NCBI GenBank assembly: GCA_964016885.1
Contig: OZ024746.1
Span: 66,278,001-66,342,000, forward strand
Length of the DNA stretch: 64,000 nt
DNA from: Eledone cirrhosa
Taxonomy: Eukaryota
Direction of reading: 5' to 3'
The notes under the pieces were generated by a model that had not been told where the DNA came from, did no database searches, and saw only the letters and a list, made by a program, of their open reading frames with translations. The position numbers and the translations under genes were made by a program. Below are positions 1-13,967 of this stretch, one piece after another. How positions within the stretch are numbered: position 1 is the first letter of the stretch; every line of letters begins with the position of its first letter.

Positions 1-830
1 ACATCCAGCATGTCCATGGTTTCTTATAATATGGAAGGCAAAGGCAAGACGATGTCATTAAACAACATGAGATATGCAAGACAGGGAACCATGCATTAGC
101 TTGTTTAAAAAATGTCGTTTCCAGTAGATGATGTAATGAAACACGTGGCATTCTAGTCTATGTACCATTAGGTCCCTTGCGACGTATAGCATTTAATGTT
201 CATAACTCTGAAAAAAAAACAAAAACAAATCACCTTTCTATACAGGCCAGAAGCACATTTGATTTTGTGTCCTTGATGATTGCCGCTGTAAAGTGCACTT
301 CACGACTGAACAATCTTGACATCCATGCCGCAGCCTGAGTCTTCGGTGTGACCATGCAGATACTTTTAATCACACATAAGCTCGATATCTGAGCCATACG
401 ATGCGTGCATTTGATCTTGGATATATTGATTCATGTGTGTGTTTACTTCATTTTGGTGCATTTAGAGACTGAACAACATCCCGTCATGCTATATCACTTC
501 TAATGAGGAGATCTGGTGCCACTCCCATCTTATTTTCGAAGATGTTTATTACGGCAGAGTTATTCTCGCACATGATTCGGATCATGTTGAATATATCAGT
601 TGGACTGGATTAGACTTCAATATTTCAAGCATTTCCTTGCAGTTAATGGAGTCAAAGACCTTTCGGATATCGATATGTGTTAACACTGCCTCCATGACAT
701 AGCTTTTACGTTCTACCACCATACGGCGAAAAGCATGTATGTAGGATGTGATGTGTTGGAGTGGCCTTGGCTCAAAACATTTTGATTTGGACGTAACAAC
801 CTCGTCGATAACTGATGAAACTATTTTAAA
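1..830 (-). mobile_element. Old degenerate non-LTR retrotransposon RT fragment (same group as the 60.6-62.5 kb element)
   Basis: ORF 582..860 has ITSYIHAFRRMVVERKSYVMEAVLTHIDIRKVFDSINCKEMLEILKS, which aligns by eye to TTSHILMLRRILEGARAKCLPAVMVFIDFRKAFDSVDRYCLMKILQA at 61073..61576. The left extent is approximate. Confidence 0.65.
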
Positions 831-838
831 GATTATAT

Positions 839-880
<42 letters not shown>

Positions 881-2695
881 TATGTATATATTATATATAT
901 ATATACATCATTTTAGAGGTCTACTCTTTTCAGGTAATATCTGATTAGAAATCAGAACTTAAAGGAAACTTTTTATATTTGAAAATGCAATTTATATAAT
1001 TTAGCACAGTCGTAACTTAGCAAAGTAGGGGCAATTATGTCAATATTTCATGTTTTGCTAGTCATTTGGAAATAAACATCGTCCAAACATGAATATATAT
1101 TGGGAGCTCAACTTAATTCAGGACGTGATATGTATTTCCCAAGGCAAAAAGTGTAAATTACATATCTATTTATAAATACGATTTATAATTGGAATTGGGC
1201 TGACTGGTGTAAAAAATTTGGCGAGCAAGAACTCATATGTGTGTAGTCTATCAAACTTACGTCTGTGCCAAATAAAGCTGAGCACAACCCTATACATCAT
1301 CATAACTGTCACATGGGAAAATTAACTTGGCTATGTTTCTCCACTACGTTCGAAATGATTGGCGCCGATTCCTTTCTAGATCTTATTTAGCTGCTAATCA
1401 ACACTGATTGAGTTTTCCTGTGTTCAGATTTATTCCACACATAATTATCCATCTTAGCCCCAATAGCGATAAGGAATACAGGAAATGCAGTGATTCAGAT
1501 TTCGCTGGGAGGAGGATGTATTCTAGTTGAATCGAATAAGCATAAATGTAGAAGATTCCATTAGGATAACATGCATAATCGTTTAACAATTTCCCTTTGA
1601 TGCAGCTGCACTTACTTACACAATTAATGATCTTGAAAAGGTATTGTAATTTCCGATTTGTACACTCTACAAACACAATATTATGAGGAGGACTAATACA
1701 TGAAGTTTCTTTGAGTCGAACGGATGTTTGTTATTCCTTTAATGTAATATATATAAATCTAGAAGATGGTTTACATATATATAGGTAGATGAAATGGATA
1801 ATATAACAATTATAATTGTCTACATATCAAAACATATAACAGTAGCGAAAGCATAGATGCAGATAGTAACATTTTATAATTTTTTTGGTTAATATCTTTC
1901 CCAGTAAACATGGATATAACAGAACGAATAAGAGAACAGAACCATGTTAACAATTTCAATTATTTCTGGTTTATAAATTGCTCTGAGCAGAGAGTACACA
2001 TGAAATGTTGTTTGCCAATTAATATCAATGTTCATTCAGTATTATTGTATTGCACTTTTTCTCTTACAACAAAAAAGACAGAATAGTATTAGAAAGAGAA
2101 CTGTCGTTTTCTGTTCCCATAAATTAAAAGAATTTCACTTTTATATCTTTTATTTCAATCTAGAAACGCACCCATTTATATTAAACGAAGAAATCAATGT
2201 TGAATGACCATCAGCTAATTAATCACAATGTCTACTTGTGCTTAGTCTTCTTTTATATATATAAACAACAAACTACTATTCAAGTGCGTTCACAATAATA
2301 AGTTTGTTTTGGCCATTAATTAGGTGGCTTTACACTCGAGGAAAAACATTTCTTATCAACCAAGTATCTTCAAGTAATCTTTTGACAGAATATGGGAGAA
2401 ATTTGCTGTTTATATCTCCTACTAAACTGCTATGTTATTACAGTATCGGCTACTCAATATATTCTTTCGAAATTCTACATGATACAAGCATTGCGCATTC
2501 CTTATCTCATCTGAATAGCAATAAAGCGCTGAATGATGGTGTTAGAAGTGGCGCCGTTTGGCATGAAGAATAGATGCAATAAACTTCAAAATCTCGAGAT
2601 TATTGCAGTTTCCTGGATTTTAAACGCTCACACACATATACAAACCCACAGACTCAGAAACTCACAGACACACACATAACTGCGCACACAGACCC

Positions 2696-2852
<157 letters not shown>

Positions 2853-5541
2853 CATAGTGTTTGTGTGAGGTTAGAGGACTGTAGTGTGAAATCGGGTGAA
2901 GAAATGGCTGAAGCGAAAAGTTTCATATTATTCATATATTATTCGCTCTTTTAATGCTTCATACTTTTCTTTTCCAAAGATTATCTAGTATTACTAGATT
3001 TCATTTTTATAATGAGCAACTTTTTATTGTAATGTATATCATATGAATTATTTTTGTGGACATGTGCTTAATCAATTATATCAAAACAATATTCAGTGTT
3101 TTTTTCTGACATACACTAACACACTAATATTCCATTGCCCTCGGCAATCACTCTATATTAGATATTAAGGAAAGTCTACCAACATTATATGTTCCTAGTG
3201 GTAGATGTTCTAGTTTCAAAAATAGATGAGTATAATTGAAAAAACGTACCACCCTCATAATTCCAATTGTGCTGAACCCTCAGATTAGTGACGTTCTTCC
3301 AATTTCGATATATATATATTTGATCAACAACTACAAGCAATTGATATCTGTCGGACTTGTCTGCGACATAACCATTAGAATATATCGTCAATGTATTGGT
3401 CATTAAACACGATCAATCTTCAATAAGATGGAATAAATGTAAATATACCTGAAACCATTAGCGACAGCTTTTTGTTTGATCAGTGATATTTAATATGTCA
3501 GAAGTAGTGAGGTTAGCTCATTATGGGAACTAATTTCAATCTACACTATACAGCCATTCAGATGTAAGCTTAACTTAATGGATATGATGCCATGCACATA
3601 AATACTAAATCACAAATTTCACACAAAGCAGTTTAAGTAGAGTATGAAACGAAACCACAGGGATATAAAAATGACACGTAACATTGAAATTTCTCGAATT
3701 TACCACCGGTTATAATGGTTGAACCTAAAATCTCATATGAAGCAAGAACGCCTGGTGGAGATCATACCACCATGCTTCTCAACATTAACCGATATATAGG
3801 ATATTGAGTGAAGTGATGTGCTATGAGGAATTAACTACAGCTGTAGACGTGGCTTGCAACTCATACACAATGAAGTTTCCAATATATAAGTAAGAATATA
3901 ACGACTAGCTTTATTTTAAAAATACAACGGACAGCGTGTTCAAAACCATAGATCTGATTTTCGTGAGAAATTCCGATATATATATGGCCCTTAGATTATA
4001 TCAACAATGTTCCATATATAATATGTTTATTAGATGAGTTGTATAAAAGAAAGTTGAATTATGTAATGGTTCGTTTATAAATAAGGGAAACGAGATTCTT
4101 GAAGGATTCAATCTGCAACTGCTGGAAATAAATTTTAAACTTCAAATGCATACTGAATGGTTTTCTAATATATCAAGAACTTCTGAAACTAAGAATAGAG
4201 TATTATCCTTCATATGATAAAAGATAGAAGTTAGCCGCTAAATGAAATGGAAAGAAACGATTACAACTTCTAAAGATAACAGCCACACTTCAATGTTATT
4301 TTGACAATGAAGACGAATACAAAGTGATATGAAAAGTTTATTCTCATTTTACAGACCGCTTTTACAATCTATATTATAGTTGCTAGTGTTTATTTCTGAA
4401 ATGACGCAATCTTATCATTTACATGCCAACCTGCTTGACAGTTCAAAGTGTAACGATATATACGTGTAATGCTCATCTATCTGAAACATTTTATTTATTA
4501 TATGCTCGCCTCTTGGATTAGAGAGTTGTATCACTATTAAAACAGACAATATATTTCATTATCATTTTACTGGTTCCATTCATTAGAGTATGGCCATGCT
4601 GGTGCACGATTGTCAATAAATGTAGCTAGTCACGCTGGTATTAGTACATATTTTGTCGATCGCTGTGTGCTTATGTTTAAACTTTAAGTAAAATGTCTTA
4701 TACAAAGAGACGAAATCACTTCCTCATATATATGTACACATATAATCAAACACCCCCCCCCCCCCCCCCCCCACACACACACTCGCACACACACACACAC
4801 ATACTCACAATGAAAAGACAGGATATATTAATAACTTAGATTAAGTATCCACTCAGAGAAGTATTATAATATATTAAACACAAGGCAAAATCTCATAGTC
4901 TACAAAAATTAATTTTAACTTATGTAATGCTCCAAAAATGGTTTCAATTGTTTCTAAACTCAAGATACAATATCAGAAATTCCGTCACATTGAAATATGC
5001 AATATTGGAAAAATTTACGTTTGTTTATTGATAGGCGAATTCCTCATACAAATAATGGGACAAGGTGAAAATATATCATACATACTATTTCACTGCTAGA
5101 TATTATGGTGAACAGGGTGTTGTATAATTGAATTACCCTATGAATAAATTCCATCCAGAGACAAATTGAACATATATCATATGCACCATGCTGTCTGTAG
5201 ACCGCTTGGTGAAGCAATGTGACACAACGCTTAATTACTGTATAAACACTTTCTGATTAATGAATTAGGACAGTATTACCGTTTACATCGACGCCACAAA
5301 CCGTCTAAATCAGATCAAATATGATGGAGCAGTCAATATAAAATTATAACTCTATTAATTTAACAGTCTCTAATACGTAGGCATCTCAAGGAAAGAACAA
5401 TATATATTAAGACATTAATAAGGTAGTTATCCAACCAGAGAAGTATTTAATATCTTAAACTTAAGCCGTATCTCATTTTTTCAGGGGAGGGTATACAATT
5501 CAAATCGGGTGAAAAAAGTCAATTTTAACTTACATATTTGT

Positions 5542-5578
<37 letters not shown>

Positions 5579-5979
5579 ATGTGTGTGTATGTGTATGTGG
5601 GTGTGTGTTTGTTTGTGCGTGTGTGTGTGTGTGTGAAACAGAAAAAAAGGATATTTATCATTAATATACAGGACATCTCAAAGAAATAATTGTTTAAAAA
5701 TATCTAAAGTAGAGATGCATATAGCATATAGACAGTTTACCCTATACCCACTGGAGACTTTACCATAAGTTAAACTATCTGATTTAGATATCTGTAGCTA
5801 TCTTTTCACTGCGATCCAATATATTGATGACAATGCATTTTCTTTTTCTTTTCTTTCTGTTTGATATTTGCTACTTATTTGCTGAGCTGCTCCAGACAGG
5901 TTTCATGGATGCTATTTTAGTGTTATTACAAACATATCATATTGACCGTGGTACACATATATCTATTTAGTTGGTTTTA

Positions 5980-6300
5980 ACTACGCATCCCTGCAGATAT
6001 AATTGCAATCAGTGTCCAATCCTTGAAATAGTAAAAAGATGGAATCTAGCCTCGTATGGTCACATATGCCGCCCCAACTCCTTGGCCAAAACCAATTTTC
6101 AGGGCACATTAGAGGGAGGGCGAAGAAGAGGCTGACATTAATCCTGGTTAGACAATACCAAAGACTGGACTCGTCGCAACACCCAGACACTTCTAGCCAT
6201 GACGGAGAATAGAGACCAATGGTGAGGACTGATTGTGTAAAGTAACTACAGTGGCACCGAAACGACTGGCTGCACCAGTTGCGGGAACATGATGGCAGAA
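5980..6300 (+). mobile_element. RTE-clade LINE 3' fragment (degenerate)
   Basis: Manual translation ILEIVKRWNLASYGHICRPNSLAKTNFQGTLEGGRRRG*H*SWLDNTKDWTRRNTQTLLAMTENRDQW matches the RTE C-terminal pattern (WYGHxxR...QGxxEGxRRRGR...WxDNIKxW). Confidence 0.8.
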
Positions 6301-7212
6301 TGATATAGTATTTATTCTATTTTTTCAAATCTAAGAACCTAATATATATTAACATTCTAGATGCTCTCATTATATATTCGTTGTTTGTTTTTTCATGTAG
6401 CCCCAGTTTATCCCTCTATTTTTGACAACTGAATAAATGCATCCCATCCGTGACAAATATATTTTTTTATATCGCATTCTATACTTACCAATGTGACATT
6501 TCCTTTTTAATATGCATTAGAAGAAGGAAATTCCGTATGTCTAGCAGAACGAATGACCACGTGGATAATTTAACTTTGCCCGTTACATTGAAATCTATTC
6601 CACATATATACACATCCAATTCAGAGTGGATATTTTTATGGCGCAAATATTTGGAATAACTAAATTCATATTAATCTTGAAATTGATAATTTAAATATCT
6701 CAGAAATTACAGACGAATCAGTTGAAATATTAAATAAACAGATCTTCGAAATGCTTGATCTGTTAAAATTCTTTCAAATCCCCTTCCAATATTAGAATCG
6801 ATATGGAAATATAATTCATATTTAAATCCATCTCCATAAATCAGTGATTTGATATTCCGATCAATAAAGCGTTTTACAATGATCAACAGGGAATGAAAGC
6901 CTAGGAATAAACAGGGAAATAGCTGAGACAAAGTGTATATAAAATGTTTTTTTACTCTATTTATTCGAGCCGTAACAGCCCCTTCCTAACTTAATGACTT
7001 TGTAACTATTCTGGTTAACGCACAATTGGAGATTCTTTATATCTATTTGAAAGGGTTTGGGAGTAACACCTAGTAAAAATATTTGTAAAGACTATCACTA
7101 CGTACTAGGAATCAGCTCAGCCGTGATGAATTAAAAAATTGCGAATTTTATGCTGCAGTTGGGTATTTCTGATGAGGTTACTGACTTACGGGACATAGAT
7201 ATGCAAGTATAC

Positions 7213-7290
7213 ACACGATGGTCATCTGCAGTTTTCGTCCACCAAATTCAACTCACAAGGCATGTGTCAACATGAGTCAACGGTAGAATC
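7213..7290 (-). mobile_element. Degenerate SINE fragment (CORE-like cephalopod SINE)
   Basis: cagttttcgtccaccaaattcaactcacaaggc resembles, from memory, the reverse complement of an abundant octopus SINE body. Confidence 0.35.
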
Positions 7291-7373
7291 AACCAGAGCT
7301 TTACAGAATGTACTGCAAACATTCAGAAGACATTTATGTCAATATATGCATATATATATATATATATATATAT

Positions 7374-7416
7374 ATACGAACGAGTAGGACCCCGACGGGG
7401 TCCTACTCGTTCGTAT
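7374..7416. repeat. Perfect 20-bp inverted repeat with 3-nt loop
   Basis: atacgaacgagtaggacccc-gac-ggggtcctactcgttcgtat. 21 nt of it are shared with 48421..48441. Confidence 0.95.
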
Positions 7417-7492
7417 TACCCACTCTACTACCCTAAGTATTGAGTACTTTGGTGCGTTATGGTACACCTGGTTCCTTACCACATTTCCTCCG

Positions 7493-7562
<70 letters not shown>

Positions 7563-7637
7563 GATTTGAAGTTTCCGTTGAAAATTGAAAAAGTCATAGG
7601 AGTGAAGAGTGCTCTATGAAATTTACAGAGCTAAATT

Positions 7638-7771
7638 TAATGTATAATAAACAATACAATATAATTACCTCATCACCAGAAGTTTCTCGAATACGGATGT
7701 TTCTGGTATTCGTCTTATTCGGGAAACCTCTGGTAATGAGGTAATTATACTGTATTGTTTATTATACATTA
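7638..7771. repeat. Imperfect fold-back of about 55-bp arms next to (TA)n
   Basis: taatgtataataaacaatacaatataattacctcatcaccagaagtttctcgaata pairs with tattcgggaaacctctggtaatgaggtaattatactgtattgtttattatacatta. Confidence 0.9.
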
Positions 7772-7911
7772 TATATATATATATATATATAATATATATA
7801 TGTAGATAAATCTACCAAAAGTTTACGGTAGTGTCCAATCGGTAAGTGTGTGTGGCCGTGTTTATGTGTGCGCCTCAATATCCATATAGTTATAATAATA
7901 ATATATACGTA

Positions 7912-7942
<31 letters not shown>

Positions 7943-8297
7943 GTGTGTTCGTAGGTATGTGTGTGTTTGTGTGTATGTGCGTGTGTATGTATGAATGTAT
8001 GTATATGTGTGTATATATTTATGTATATATATATATATATGTATGTATATTTTGTCTGTGGATTATAAACATACAGAGACATTAGCCCTAAATTTTTATA
8101 TTTACATACACTTTTTCGACATGCGTATGCATGTGAACATACATTTTTATGCATATCTGTGAACGAAGTTACTTACATATATACACACACCTAACTGTAT
8201 TTTCTTGATGAATTTTTATGTATTTCATTGGTCTATTTAAAATCTGTTCCCAAACAGACCTGTAATTTTGAATTGTTGTTATTATCAATAAATATAC

Positions 8298-8440
8298 TTC
8301 ATTATTTCTGAAGACAGCATATATATGTGATGGTATGTATAATCTCCTTGATAGTTTGTATAATTTTGTACATAGATCTTTTGAATATGCATGCCAATTC
8401 TAACACATATATGTCCTAGAAACGATCGTTAAATAATGAA
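8298..8440 (+). ncRNA. Type I hammerhead ribozyme motif with about 100-nt extended stem II
   Basis: ttcattattt-CTGAAGA-[rod]-GAAAC-gatc-GTT-aaataatgaa. Stem I is a perfect 10 bp and loop 3 is palindromic. Stem II contains atatatgtg/cacatatat and tggtatgtata/tatgcatgcca. The stem II closing pair is mismatched. Confidence 0.75.
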
Positions 8441-8489
8441 CTTTTTTTGTTTAATATAAGGAACTGTTTCTTTGTTTTATTCATTATTT

Positions 8490-8547
<58 letters not shown>

Positions 8548-8548
8548 A

Positions 8549-8608
<60 letters not shown>

Positions 8609-11600
8609 ACTGAGTCCAGATGCAACACTGATTTTTCGTTTTTTTATATTATTTACACTCTGCTCTGTATGAATATTGAGTGGTAATTTTGGCATACAGC
8701 CTATGGAAGCACCATAGCTACCATTATACTCACGTATATATATATATATATGTATATACATATATGTGTATATATATATATATGTATAGGATGGTGTTGT
8801 GTGTGAATCTATGAATATATTTACTGTGCTTTACGTATACACAGTTATATATCTAAATCAGTGACATTTTATTTGTCACTTTGCAGCCCATCCTTTAGGG
8901 TTCGACATAGATTAATAATTGTAGCCGGTTCAATAAAGTAAAATAATCTAATGTAAGCTGTGCCACAGCATAGCTACAATTCAATTATTGATAGCTTAAA
9001 TTATTGTATACATATGGTTACATAAACATTACATACAAGTCTATATACCAGGCCATGCACAAGAATGCTTCTCTCGAGAGGTACTTGGTTACAGTAATGC
9101 TGCTTGGAAAGATATGAGCAGCAAAGCTTTACATTTACCATCTATGGATTTTGTTCGAAGGAATAACATTTTAAATAATAATTGCATTCAATGACGTATG
9201 AACATTTTCGAAATATTGTTCCATGTGGTTTAATTTGTTTTTCTTAGGACATCAGTGCCTTGTGGAATTATGTTTTCCATATAATGATTGTATATATGTA
9301 GATTATGTGAAATTAATTAAATCTAATCTAAAATGTAACTTTGTTAGGATCTTGTCATTTATACGTTTAGTTCCTTCTCTACAACTATCGAAAATTTACA
9401 TATTAATGTTTCTTTGTTCCAAACGAACACAGTGACCGTTAACCACATATTAAACGAAATAACACATAAAGTAGAATGAATGAGCGGCAACTTTAATTCT
9501 ATAGCAATCAAGCCAACAGAGTACGTGAATAGATCCGGATTCTCTAACAACTTTATTTGACAGAAAACAGCCTGCTGAATCTCCTTCGATATGATTTTCA
9601 TGTCTTTACTCCTCTCATGGGAATATTCTGATAAATGTATTTACATAATCTTATTTGATTAGTTTCTTTACACTGAATCGTATTTAATTGTTGCATATAA
9701 AGTTACAGCTTATACGCAGATGTTGTTCCAAGTTGTTTCTGATATGCATTTATTCTGATTATATTATTGATATCTTAATTTTTTAAATCGCTATAGACTG
9801 ACGATTCTTCATGAATATATCTTCAATATGTTCATTAGTTTGTTTATTATTGTAATATTATAAATTTAAGCTATTTAATATATTTAAGATTCGTGTTTCT
9901 AGAGCTATATAGGGAGAAACAAGCTTGCAGCTAAACACTATTTTCTTTTTAAGATCCACTTCCACTTCTAGATTAATGCATTACGATGACGTCATTCATG
10001 TTTATATAGATATAAACAGCAATCACCCATTCTGTAATATGGAATGACACACACACACACATGTTCATGTATTAAAATACTGAATTATTTACGCCCTATG
10101 ATTCTTGTACTCAAATATTTAAGATCTAGTATTTGGTTTTAAGAAAGAAGAAATTAAATTGTTCTGAGCCTTAAATGCATTTATGATCGATTTCATGTGT
10201 CAGGCATCAATCTAGGTTTATCAAAGTGAAGCGAGATACGTCATTTGCTGATATTTAAAAATATGTAATGATGCAAAATATATATTTTTTTAATTGCTGG
10301 TTTCAAATGTTTGTTTTTCTATACAGGAATACAGTTTCAAAGGATGTAGTCTTCTGTGTCATCACATATATGTTAATGTACATATATGATTGAGATTAGA
10401 TTAAACTAACGAACTGTCTTAATTAAGGGTATTACCATAATCTTATTATTATAATAGGAATTATCAGTGCAAGACATAGCCCCAAGTTGAATCCAACCTA
10501 GGTAACATAAAATATATATCTAACATTATACTAAACAAACTCTACTGTTTTGAAAACCTTTTATATAGATGGTTCCATTATTAGAATTAATAAAAAAAAA
10601 CAAGCCAGGATTACATACATATATTTTCACCAATACATACACACATCTACACAACACATACAGAGAGTGGGGGGGGGGGGGGGAGAAAGACGTTGAAAAA
10701 ACAATCGCGTGTGCGATGAGATAGTGAATGAAGTGAGAAACCTACGTTCTCATTTTACAATTAATGAATTTGATTTGGATTAGAAATAAGCATTTTATCA
10801 GAGGTATTACATAGTTGATTGAATCCTTCTAAATTGCATAACATTAGAAGTTATGTAATTAGCCATAGATAATAGAAAGTCAGGCCCAGCGGTATTTTGG
10901 GTTGATAAGGAAAGGAGTTGTGAATCAATACGCCAACGCATGGCCTTGTGTCCTTTCTTCTAGTGTACATGAAATCGATTTCTTATATTAACTAATTTTC
11001 AACTCTTCCATAAAGCTTGGAAATATAATATACCGCATATCTCCAAACGAATTTCAATCAAACGATCTATTCTCAAATGTATTATTCTACGATTGACGAA
11101 GCTGTATAAGGATAAATTAGCTTTAAGGTTCCGCTACAAATACAATTGTTACAAGAGTCAGTATGTTAAATATATTTAATATACGCATCATACTCATGTA
11201 AAGATTTCGATAATGACTATATACACCACATCTTAAAAGAATGAGTGGACATCGGAAACAGTTGAAATATAGTTCTAATTCATATGAAATGAAGTAAATG
11301 AGATGAAAAGAAAACTACGCTGATATTTGATAACGTATGAACACTCGTGTCCCAAGAACTATCTGAAATAGAATCATCTGAATGAAGTACAGAAGTTAGC
11401 TCATGGGGTTTGATGTGAAAAGTATTATTTAGTTATTCAACATGATCTGTCACATCGTCTGATCAGAATTTATTTTCGTTCGCTTTCGCATTGGTTGTGT
11501 AATGTATTCAATTTGATATAAAATATTAAACACACTTGAGTTTGTAAAAAAGTATTATAATTTCTTCTTATTTCGGAAGGAATGATAGAACGTATGATAT

Positions 11601-12300
11601 TTTACTTGTGTTTCAAATAGGCTACGGGGAAAGCATATGATAAATCCAAACGTGTTAAGAAATCATATTCATAGCTGATGGAATATGTAACAGCAAACAT
11701 TTTACCGAATGCTTTAGTTTGTTATATTTCCTTATCTGAAGAATTCTAATTTGAAAACTAAACAAAGCTAAAAAACGGCATAGGAAATTAGCGATGATTT
11801 TATGTGTGTTGTTTTTCAAATTGTATATCTTGAAAGTGAATATTTAATATTCATATCTATATATCTGCAGGTAATTTTAAACATAAATGTATTGGTATAT
11901 TTTGGCATTGCCTATTCTATTTGGTTGAACAGCAGAGTATAAGAAACATATATACATAAACGCGTGTGCGTGTGTGCGTGTGAAAAATAAACCAATTACG
12001 TATCTGAGGATGTTTGTATATATTCTATATGAAATTTTATAATAGATGCATGCTTGAAGAATATCTATGAGTGGGGGAGACATTAAAATATACGGATGAG
12101 AGAAGATGAGAAGGAAATATCACATGGCTATAATAATAATAATATGACACTACAACATTCCAAATCCGTTTTACAAAATGATTCCAAATATTTCCCTGGA
12201 GCGATAGCCACCCATTTACCTTTCACAAATTTTATAAAGATATTGCATACATTATTTTCCTTATTCTTTCCAACATTCAAACATTCAAACATGGATGGAT

Positions 12301-12316
12301 ATATATGCATAAATAC

Positions 12317-12409
<93 letters not shown>

Positions 12410-12441
12410 TACATACACATATATATATATATATATGTATT
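12301..12441. repeat. (TA)n(TG)n microsatellite
   Basis: Long pure TG tract at about 12332-12407 flanked by TA tracts. Confidence 0.95.
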
Positions 12442-12472
12442 TATGCATATATATCCATGTTTGAATGTTTGA

Positions 12473-12633
12473 ATGGACACACTAGAAGAGGAAGACCAAG
12501 GTTGACGTATGTTGTTGCCCTAAGGACAGACACTGGTCTGTTGGAGACGCAGGACATGGCAGCGATAATGAGGGACAGAGACCGCTGGAGAGAACTCGTC
12601 CATGGATCTCGGGAATTTTACCCGCCTTAGATA
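12473..12633 (+). mobile_element. Severely 5'-truncated copy (3' end) of the RTE-group LINE at 60.6-62.5 kb
   Basis: Near-identical to 62357..62517. It encodes [51 protein letters not shown] and is flanked by TA microsatellites. Confidence 0.92.
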
Positions 12634-12651
12634 TATATATATGTGTGTGGG

Positions 12652-12728
<77 letters not shown>

Positions 12729-13578
12729 ATGTATATATATATATATATATGTGTATGTATGTATGTGTATGTGGATGTGTATGTATGCGTATGTGTGTAC
12801 ACATGGACTAGAGTATGTATGTATATATGTGTGTGTCTATACGTGTGTATATATAAAGATAAGTTGAGTATGAAAATGTATACACATGAGCGCGTATGTA
12901 TGTACATGAATACATGTGTGTATATATATGTGTATGCATGTGTATATATATGTAAGTATGAATATGTGAATTGTGAGTATATGTATTTTGTAGAGGTGTG
13001 CAAATATATTTGTGTGTGAATGCGTGGGTGAAAGAATACGTACACTTGAAAGAAAAATTTAAGTCTGAATGTTAAGTGCAAACACAAAACCAACCACGCA
13101 TATCTTTACTATCTCTAATCCTTCTATAGATTTAGAAAAATAACCAATAATATATTCCATAAAAAATGTCAGAACAACAGATGGGAATCTAATTACTCAC
13201 TGCCACCAAGAATTCTCACTGCTATCGAAAAACCACTCCTTCAACTATTCTTCTAACAACTTCACCCCTCCCTCCTAATATTCTCTATAAAAACTAAATA
13301 GGTCCTCAGTAATATTATTCTGATGAAATGACAGTAAATAATAACATTGAAATATTGAATGTCTGCATAACTAAAAGTTTGTAGATAGCTGTTTTAGGTT
13401 ATGTAACTGTTATAGAAACACGTGTCAATAAATTCCTTTCAACTAAACTGTATCCATTCAAATCTTTCTATTTTTCTCCGGATTACTTTTGGAACTACAA
13501 CTGGAACCGTCGAGCAAACTCTACGTGAGCTGATAATCTACTGTGTGTAATATTTATATTACAACACAACGGAAAATA

Positions 13579-13633
<55 letters not shown>

Positions 13634-13967
13634 ATGGTACAGTATCGTGAGAGAGAATAGAGAGAAGAAGCGTTATAGTGGGATGTAACTTAGCAGAAAT
13701 TCCAAAGAGCATCTGAATTATTCCGCTTTGTTCACTAACATAAACATTTAACTTTGTAACACCGAGATATGAATTTCGATATTAAAATCGTACTTATACC
13801 CATTTAGGGTTCTTTATTAAATCCTTTATTTTCTTGTAAGCCTCTGAGGAGCCCAACTTGGGCGTAACATGTGTAAGAACTTATTATAAATATATTTTAA
13901 TGGCTTGCTTCTCTTTCATCAATTTCTGTGATTATATATGTATGTACGTATTATTTTTTTTCTTTTT

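Noticed and set aside
7160-7200. CTGATGA at about 7168
   Set aside because: No downstream GAAA/UH or stem I complement.
11728-11770. CTGAAGA-attctaattt-GAAA
   Set aside because: No convincing stem II, stem III or stem I, so probably chance in AT-rich DNA.
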